A stretch of 64,000 nt of DNA from Methanobacteriota archaeon (GTDB taxonomy: Archaea > Thermoplasmatota > Thermoplasmata > SG8-5 > JAGLSY01), in assembly GCA_020697715.1 (NCBI GenBank), contig JAEHCO010000002.1, forward strand, positions 64,001-128,000, given 5' to 3'. Below the pieces are notes generated by a model. It did no database searches. It saw only the letters and a program-made list of their open reading frames with translations, and was not told the DNA's origin. Shown here in pieces: positions 57,361 through 64,000 of this stretch (position 1 is its first letter; every line of letters begins with the position of its first letter). A program made the position numbers and the translations under genes.

Positions 57361-58938
57361 TCAGAACTCTTCCTTGCCCTTCTTATTGCGCATCACGACA
57401 AGCATCACTGCTAGAGTGATGAAGGTGATCGCCAATATGCCTGGCATCAATATGCTTGGACTTGACAATTCAGATGCGATGCTCTGAACAGATATCGTGT
57501 GTGTGGAGAAATGCGGCACATAGACGAATATTATGCTCTGATCTTCTCCAGATAGTAGGAAATAACCTGCTTCAGTTCCACCGACCAGTTCGGCCAGGTC
57601 TTCGATCGAATCATAGGCCTCTATCTCGTCATCATAATCCAATAGTACCTGGATATCCTCCGATGTGGCATCGTCCAGTACGTCATTGTCCAGATTTATG
57701 GATACTATACGACCCTCTTCTATCTTTGATTCCACCTCTACTACGAAGCTACCATCATCAATATCGATGAAGTCCATTCTAAATGAAGGATCATTGTAGG
57801 TATTGGTATCTGTGAATTCCTCTCCCATTTCATCAACAAATAGGGAGCCAACAGCAGCCAGCAACCCTTCCTCTATCATGGAATCCATATCGATGTCCAA
57901 ATCATCATAATAAAGGCCATCATCCATCCCCCAGTCGTACATTGGGTCATAATAGTATGGCTCCTCTATCATTGCGGATATGCCCACACTGCCACCTTCT
58001 GTTATTTCCAGGGTTATGGTATTGCCGTCAATGGTTGCCTCACCATTCTCTATCCAGATGGAGCAGGTCACATCATCATTCGTTATATAGACCTCGTCCC
58101 ACTGCCACATACTCATGTAGGGGTCGTAGTACATGTCATCAGTAGAAACACTCACATCATCGCTTGGATAATAATCCGTACTGGCATCAGAATTTGCATA
58201 ATCTTCATCCACTGCCCATGTAGGAGCGATTGGATCCTCTATGCCCATTTCGCCTTCTGTATATTCTTCCTCTACGATCTCCCAGTATTCCATATCATCC
58301 AGCTCGTACATATCATACCAGTACGGCTGTTCGCTTATCTCGAAGCCATCGGCCACATTCAGAACAATGGTCTGATTGTCTTCCCCGACCATGAATGATG
58401 TCATTGACCATTCATAGTCCATGAAGGTCATTATGACATTCTCGCCCAGGAAAGTGAGGGTGTCTCCAAAAGTAGCAGGGTGTCCATTCGGTACGAAGTC
58501 CTCGAATTCCATGGAATCAAAGAATTTGACCACAAACTCCTCTGGCTCTGGCATAACAGGATAATCTTCACCCGGGAATATGATATCATCTTCCTCATCC
58601 TCGTATTTGAGATCGTATTCGTATACCGGATAGTAATAGTCATATCTGACCATCGTCACGGTGTAATCTGTTACCGTGCCAGTGGTCTCATCCAGCTCGA
58701 GATCCACATGGGTTCCATCGGCAGTTCCATTGGAATAATCAAAGCCATAATCCGGCCACCAGTAGGCCATATCTACCCATGGTTCGGGTATTGGTTCAAC
58801 AGCCACTCCCACATCTCCTCCAGATGAATCAGAGGTTGCGGTATCCTGGGCATATACGCCAATAGGAACTGCGGTCAACATTACAAGCACGATCATAAAT
58901 GAGATCAATTGTTTTATTTTCATATTATCACTGTTCAT
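57361..58938 (-). CDS. Secreted, very acidic C-terminally anchored protein (HFSTH motif)
   Basis: Signal peptide, D/E/Y/M-rich body, YVPHFSTHTISV, TM + basic tail. The start may be 58923. Confidence 0.87.
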   Translation of the reverse strand: MNSDNMKIKQLISFMIVLVMLTAVPIGVYAQDTATSDSSGGDVGVAVEPIPEPWVDMAYWWPDYGFDYSNGTADGTHVDLELDETTGTVTDYTVTMVRYDYYYPVYEYDLKYEDEEDDIIFPGEDYPVMPEPEEFVVKFFDSMEFEDFVPNGHPATFGDTLTFLGENVIMTFMDYEWSMTSFMVGEDNQTIVLNVADGFEISEQPYWYDMYELDDMEYWEIVEEEYTEGEMGIEDPIAPTWAVDEDYANSDASTDYYPSDDVSVSTDDMYYDPYMSMWQWDEVYITNDDVTCSIWIENGEATIDGNTITLEITEGGSVGISAMIEEPYYYDPMYDWGMDDGLYYDDLDIDMDSMIEEGLLAAVGSLFVDEMGEEFTDTNTYNDPSFRMDFIDIDDGSFVVEVESKIEEGRIVSINLDNDVLDDATSEDIQVLLDYDDEIEAYDSIEDLAELVGGTEAGYFLLSGEDQSIIFVYVPHFSTHTISVQSIASELSSPSILMPGILAITFITLAVMLVVMRNKKGKEEF

Positions 58939-58954
58939 ATCATTCCCCTCGCTA

Positions 58955-59006
58955 TTTATAGGTGTTTTGATACAAGTGTTGAACAGACTCATACAAACGT
59001 TGAACT
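58955..59006 (-). promoter_or_regulatory. Tandem GTTCAA-N3-TTGTA operators + TATA
   Basis: Two copies 21 bp apart, followed by CAAAAC and TATAAA. Confidence 0.65.
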
Positions 59007-59061
59007 AATAATATGATATATTGAATTGATCTATAAATGAATGGTCTATCAGCTGGCCAAA

Positions 59062-60096
59062 CTACATGGCCTGGAAGGGCAGGTCACCCAGTGCCATCAA
59101 TACACCGATGATTATCACCAGGGTGTAGAAAAAGAAGGCGAATAGAGCAGACTGGCCATGCAATGCCAGTGTCCTTCTCTTGATATAGCCTGTTGCGAAC
59201 ACGACACCGAACACTATCATCATTATCAAGGACAATAGTCCATGTATCGAATAGAAGATGTCACCACGATCTATCCAGGTCGTGTATGCCCAATAAATGA
59301 AGGTGAAGATCAGCACCACTTTGAAGAACATGGATAGTATCTTGTGGAATCTCCAATTGACAAAGTCTGGAAGCCCATCCCACGCATCGCTCTTGCCTTC
59401 TATTTTGTAGCCAGATACCACCATCAATCCGCATAGCATGTATCCGATAGAAAGTAGATATGCGTGGATGGTCCATTCACCCAGAGGAGTGATACGCGCA
59501 TCATCACTCCATCCCCTGCTCTCCCAGTATCCTTCATAATCATAGCCAATGATCTCTATCTCGGTTATCCATTTCACCCATTTGTAACCATAATGACCAG
59601 GCACGACGATCTTGAGAGGAAAGCCCTGGTTCGGCGGCAGGGGTTCGCCATTCATTTCGTAGCAGAGTAGCACATCATCCGCTCTGGCTTCCGTCATGTT
59701 CAATGAGGATGAATAACCATCTGCGGCCCAAAAGATTATATCTTGGGCATTTTCATTTGCTCCGGCCAGATCAAGGATATGGCTTAAAGAAACACCTTTC
59801 CAGGCCGCACGATCCGATGGGCCAGATACGCATTTCAGAGTTGAATCCAATGAAATGCTTGGCATCGCGATTATCTCATCATACTCCAGTTCCAGAGGGT
59901 GAGTGACCAGTCCATCCACCTTGAGCTTGTAATTATCCATGTCGAAGATGGGGGTGTCGCCTATCTGCATGACGAAAAATTCGTCATTGGGTGTTATCTT
60001 ATTATCATTCACCGTGACAGAAAAAACTGAGGCTAATGGCAAGCTCAAAACTAGTACCACCACTATCAGAAGCATCAGGGATCTGTCCAATCTCAT
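59062..60096 (-). CDS. Sulfite oxidase-family molybdopterin oxidoreductase fused to a 4-TM His-containing domain
   Basis: TPNDEFF, LKC, WKGV, DGYSSS, YEMNGEPL...GFP, GYKWVKW, GYWESRGW; four TM helices, each with a His. Confidence 0.87.
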   Translation of the reverse strand: MRLDRSLMLLIVVVLVLSLPLASVFSVTVNDNKITPNDEFFVMQIGDTPIFDMDNYKLKVDGLVTHPLELEYDEIIAMPSISLDSTLKCVSGPSDRAAWKGVSLSHILDLAGANENAQDIIFWAADGYSSSLNMTEARADDVLLCYEMNGEPLPPNQGFPLKIVVPGHYGYKWVKWITEIEIIGYDYEGYWESRGWSDDARITPLGEWTIHAYLLSIGYMLCGLMVVSGYKIEGKSDAWDGLPDFVNWRFHKILSMFFKVVLIFTFIYWAYTTWIDRGDIFYSIHGLLSLIMMIVFGVVFATGYIKRRTLALHGQSALFAFFFYTLVIIIGVLMALGDLPFQAM

Positions 60097-60138
60097 ATAT
60101 TGACTATAGAATTATCCGATATTAAATAATTATAACCT

Positions 60139-60168
60139 ATTTCGATATATTTTGATATATTTCGATAA
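60139..60168. repeat. Three 10-bp phased repeats in a divergent promoter
   Basis: ATTTCGATAT / ATTTTGATAT / ATTTCGATAA. Confidence 0.6.
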
Positions 60169-60204
60169 GATTAATATTAAATCCTTGTTAACTTACCCCT
60201 GCAT

Positions 60205-62166
60205 ATGGAATTTCACGGGCTAACTCTGGATAAGTTCCAGATGGACGCATGCGATCACATCTCGAAAGGAGAGTCAGTGGTCGTCTCCGCATCTACTGGA
60301 ACTGGCAAGACCCTTATTGCGGAGTATGCTATCGAGTTCTACACGAATTGGGGCCAGCGCTCGATCTACACATCGCCCATCAAGGCACTTTCCAATCAGA
60401 AGTACAAGGATTTCGTGGAGCAGTTCGGTTCTGAAAAGGTGGGAATACTGACCGGGGATGTCTCCATAAACCCCTTCGCCCAGATACTGGTCATGACCAC
60501 CGAAGTTTACAGGAACATGGCCATAACCGACCCGGATAGTGTTCTGGATGTCGGCATCTTGATCATGGATGAAGTGCATTTCATGAACGACCCAGAGCGT
60601 GGAACCGTCTGGGAAGAATCCATCATTTTCTCACCGGACAATGTCCGTTTTCTGGCTCTCTCGGCCACCATACCAAATGCGCACGAGTTCGCGGACTGGA
60701 TATCCAAGATTCACAAGCACAATGTGAAGGTGATCCAGCATTTGGAAAGGGCTGTGCCGCTTCATCATAATTTCTATCTGGGTAGCGGAAAGATGGTCTC
60801 AAGGAACAAATTAAAGGAGCAGGCTTATTTCCTGGAGGATAAAAAACACCAGTCAAAGGCCCAATCCAAAAGACATCGCGGAAGAGGCGGTAAAAGTGGC
60901 TCCAAGCCAAAAAGACCAAAGGGCAGCCAGCCACCCGGACATCTGGAACTTGTGAAGTACATGAGAAAGAATGATCATCTGCCTTGTTTATTCTTCAGTT
61001 TTTCCCGAAAGAAATGCGAGACTCAAGCGATCGAAACAGCCTTCAATATGAATTTTTATGAGGAGCCTCCCGAGGAGATATTCAATATAATCGATAAACA
61101 TCTTTCAGATCCCGAAATAGAGGATATGGATTCCATCAAGAGCCTGAGGCAGTCCCTGATAAAAGGCGTGGCCTTCCATCATGCGGGGATGCTGCCTGCT
61201 GGTAAACAGGCAGTCGAAGAAGCCTTCGCTCTCAATCTCGTGAAGGTCCTGTATGCGACAGAAACTTTCGCGGTCGGCATAAACTATCCTGCGAGAACGG
61301 TCGCATTCGATGGGCTGAAAAAATATGATGGCACGCATTTCCGATATGTGGACTCCAAAGAATACTTCCAGATGGCTGGTAGAGCTGGTCGAAGGGGTAT
61401 GGACGAGAGCGGGACGGTCATCACCATCGTGGACAAGTGGAGCGATGATATGATCGACATCGCCAGGCTGACCAAGGAGGATAAGATACCTATATTCTCC
61501 CAGTTCAAATTATCCTATAACACTGTGCTGAATCTGATAGACAAGCATTCGAAGAATGAGATAAAGCAGATATTGGAGCGCAGTTTCGAATCATACAGGA
61601 AGAAGAGATCGGGTATCCGGGTCAATGTCTGGACATCCTGGTACAATCGAGTCCGGACACTTGAAAAGCTTGGATTCGTCGATGGCATACATCTAACTTC
61701 GAAGGGCAGGTTCGGAACCCGCATTTACACTGAAGAACTGGTCACGACCGAGGTATTCCATGATGATAGATGGAGAAAATGGGATGACATCGATATCGCC
61801 TGTATGGGCGCGGCCATAACATATGAGATCAGGCACCGTAGAGGTGGCAGAAGGCCAGAAAAAGGAAATAGGTTCTTCAGATTGGTGGACAGTTTTTCGA
61901 ACAACAACTACCTCATGCGCAATCTGAGCCTGAATGGACTGGCACTTCGAATTCCTGTTATCGAATATTGGGCGCATGGCTGGACCTTCCAGGAATTAGT
62001 GGAAGAGTTCGAAATGGCTGAAGGAGACCTGATCAGAATATTCAGACAGACCATCGACGTGCTGGAGCAGGTGAAAAGAGCCACAGAACATCATGAGCTG
62101 AAGGACAAGATATCCGAGGCCGTGACGATGCTGGACAAGGAAGTTGTCAGTGTTACTTTTGAGTAG
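60205..62166 (+). CDS. Ski2/HelY-like DExH RNA helicase
   Basis: TGTGKT, SPIKALSNQK, DEVH, SATIPN, HHAG, QMAGRAGRRG, C-terminal EGDLIR (DSHCT-like). Confidence 0.92.
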   Translation: MEFHGLTLDKFQMDACDHISKGESVVVSASTGTGKTLIAEYAIEFYTNWGQRSIYTSPIKALSNQKYKDFVEQFGSEKVGILTGDVSINPFAQILVMTTEVYRNMAITDPDSVLDVGILIMDEVHFMNDPERGTVWEESIIFSPDNVRFLALSATIPNAHEFADWISKIHKHNVKVIQHLERAVPLHHNFYLGSGKMVSRNKLKEQAYFLEDKKHQSKAQSKRHRGRGGKSGSKPKRPKGSQPPGHLELVKYMRKNDHLPCLFFSFSRKKCETQAIETAFNMNFYEEPPEEIFNIIDKHLSDPEIEDMDSIKSLRQSLIKGVAFHHAGMLPAGKQAVEEAFALNLVKVLYATETFAVGINYPARTVAFDGLKKYDGTHFRYVDSKEYFQMAGRAGRRGMDESGTVITIVDKWSDDMIDIARLTKEDKIPIFSQFKLSYNTVLNLIDKHSKNEIKQILERSFESYRKKRSGIRVNVWTSWYNRVRTLEKLGFVDGIHLTSKGRFGTRIYTEELVTTEVFHDDRWRKWDDIDIACMGAAITYEIRHRRGGRRPEKGNRFFRLVDSFSNNNYLMRNLSLNGLALRIPVIEYWAHGWTFQELVEEFEMAEGDLIRIFRQTIDVLEQVKRATEHHELKDKISEAVTMLDKEVVSVTFE

Positions 62167-62254
62167 TTCATTATACTTTCACTCACCCTGACGCAAACCA
62201 TAAAAGTAGGTTTGCGTATATTGTTAAAAGAACGATACAAAGGAGATCTATAAT

Positions 62255-62767
62255 ATGGCCAGCACTTACAAATACACGATATTTCCAAGCAGAGTGGGAG
62301 ACATCTTCATAGCCAGCACACCCAAGGGTATTTTCAAACTTCATTTTCCGGCCAGTGATATCAAACTGGCCGATATTGAAGCTTACTACGATTGCAAGCT
62401 GAAGAAAGATGACGCTGCCTTTTCAAGTGTGAAAAAGCAGATGCTGGCTTACTTGGATGGCGACCTCGAGGAATTCGATGTGGATATCGATTTTATCCGT
62501 GGAACTGAATTCCAGAAGCAGGTATGGAACAAGCTTCTGGAGATCCCTTATGGCGAGGTGCATTCGTATCAGTGGATGGCCGAGGAAGTGCACAGGCCGA
62601 TGGCCTTCCGGGCTGTCGGAGGCGCGAACCACAATAATCCCATTCCGATAATCGTGCCCTGTCACAGAGTTATTGGCAAGAATGGAAAGATGGTCGGCTA
62701 TGGTGGCCCGAGCATCAAGGGCCAGGAATTGAAAAGAAGCTTGCTGGAAATGGAAGGCGCATTGTGA
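62255..62767 (+). CDS. ogt: Methylated-DNA--protein-cysteine methyltransferase
   Basis: GTEFQ..VW, IPYG, RAVG, PCHRV. Confidence 0.96.
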   Translation: MASTYKYTIFPSRVGDIFIASTPKGIFKLHFPASDIKLADIEAYYDCKLKKDDAAFSSVKKQMLAYLDGDLEEFDVDIDFIRGTEFQKQVWNKLLEIPYGEVHSYQWMAEEVHRPMAFRAVGGANHNNPIPIIVPCHRVIGKNGKMVGYGGPSIKGQELKRSLLEMEGAL

Positions 62768-62891
62768 ATGATATTACTAAGTAATGTTTAAGTATTCATA
62801 GAATATTCTGAGTAAATAAGACATATTTGGCAAGCTTGGGAAACATAGTCCCAATATTGCCCTTCAAAGAAATTCAAGGTGGTAGTAATAC

Positions 62892-63386
62892 ATGCAGAAA
62901 AATGAACATCATATGGATGGTGGGTCGCCGGATCTCATTATAGAAGATGTATTCCTGATATACAATGATGGGAGATTGATAAACCATCAGACCCGGCAAT
63001 TGAAGCCGGGTGTGGACAATGAGATACTGAGCAGTATGTTCACAGCAGTCCAGAGCTTTATCAAGGATTCCTTTGGAAGTGGCGGAAGGACCAAAGTCCT
63101 TGAAAGACTTGACTTTGGTGACAACTCGGTCTTCATCGAGCATGGGGAAAAATGCTATCTGGCTATTGCCGCGATGGATATTGGAGAAGAGGAGATCCAG
63201 GAGCAGCTCAAATGTGCCAGTAGGGATATATCCAATGCCTATTCAGAGCCTTTGAAGAACTGGAACGGTGACTTTGATGAGTTCGCTGGCGTGGAGATAT
63301 ACATCAAAAAGCTTTTGGCAGGCGAGTACAAAAAAGGGTGTATGTTGATAAATACTCCAGAGACTGGATCATCCATTGGCAGATGA
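62892..63386 (+). CDS. Stand-alone longin/roadblock-like domain protein
   Basis: IEDVFLIYNDGRLI...ILSSMFTAVQSFIKDSF...WNGD pattern. Confidence 0.7.
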   Translation: MQKNEHHMDGGSPDLIIEDVFLIYNDGRLINHQTRQLKPGVDNEILSSMFTAVQSFIKDSFGSGGRTKVLERLDFGDNSVFIEHGEKCYLAIAAMDIGEEEIQEQLKCASRDISNAYSEPLKNWNGDFDEFAGVEIYIKKLLAGEYKKGCMLINTPETGSSIGR

Positions 63387-63402
63387 TGTATTCTCCTGAG
63401 GT

Positions 63403-63738
63403 GTGATAATTATAGAAGAAGTTACTGATCTGGCTGAAGCTGGGAATGGGCCAATTAAGGATGATGCGAAATTATCTTTGATATTCGGAATAATGTCATT
63501 GTTACTGAATCCCTTGTTCATAATGTTCCCTCTGTCTAAGATCGTGGGAACTCACTTGCTCGGAATATTCATCAGCACGCCATTCGCTTTGCTGGCCATA
63601 TTATTGTCATATCATTATTGGAGAAAAGATAAGGAGAGTTACAGGTCGATCATCGGATTCACATTTGCATTGACCACGCTCATGTTCATTGTCATATTGT
63701 TCTCCATCCTCCTGTATTCGGGATTCCAGGTGTTTTGA
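63403..63738 (+). CDS. Small 3-TM membrane protein
   Basis: Hydrophobic helices; the start may be ATT at 63409. Confidence 0.65.
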   Translation: MIIIEEVTDLAEAGNGPIKDDAKLSLIFGIMSLLLNPLFIMFPLSKIVGTHLLGIFISTPFALLAILLSYHYWRKDKESYRSIIGFTFALTTLMFIVILFSILLYSGFQVF

Positions 63739-63782
63739 GCCATATCGGAAATAATAAAGACATTGAAGTTCATCCTCCTTCA

Positions 63783-64000
63783 ATGGAGCTGGAGACAAAC
63801 ATCATACTCGGATACCTCGCTTTCGTCAATCTGATGGCCCTCATGATGTTCGGTATCGATAAATCAAAGGCCAGGCGGGGTGGCAGGAGGATATCGGAGG
63901 CTGGCCTTTTCATGATATCATTCGTGGGCGGGGCTGTCGGCGGTCTGCTCGGTATGCTGCTTTTCAGACACAAGACTCAGAAACTGGGCTTCAAGGCCAT
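63783..64000 (+). CDS. DUF1294 (YsdA-like) membrane protein, 3' end outside the window
   Basis: Manual translation: FGIDKSKARRGGRRISE...GGAVG...FRHKTQK. Confidence 0.88.
   Translation, partial: MELETNIILGYLAFVNLMALMMFGIDKSKARRGGRRISEAGLFMISFVGGAVGGLLGMLLFRHKTQKLGFKA

Overview
Archaeal chromosomal segment, most consistent with an anaerobic, uncultured Thermoplasmata lineage. The evidence is Nop5, archaeal LeuRS, Hef, a giant AglB/STT3, tetraether synthase plus GGR, class III RNR, GGTGA-type SD sites and Thermoplasmata-style surface proteins. About 50 CDSs were found; no rRNA, tRNA, CRISPR array or intact transposase was seen. Three genes are absent from the ORF track (a membrane-anchored cyclophilin, a 2[4Fe-4S] ferredoxin, a DUF1294 protein) and the CPA2 antiporter is truncated there. 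Most interesting: (1) two modules of winged-HTH regulator + small membrane protein + secreted target, each with tandem putative operators 21 bp apart; one operator/TATA string recurs 46 kb away in front of a paralogous target. (2) A citF-ccl-citF cluster with no citD/citE, suggesting an ACP-independent tricarboxylate CoA-transferase/lyase route. (3) A dispersed intergenic repeat family (CGAGCGAGCAGG...GGCGAGTTT) carrying different internal hairpins, plus IS200/IS605-like miniature end structures. (4) Probable ATA/ATT start codons. (5) A switch-like 5' leader. All family assignments come from motif recognition by eye, not from database searches.
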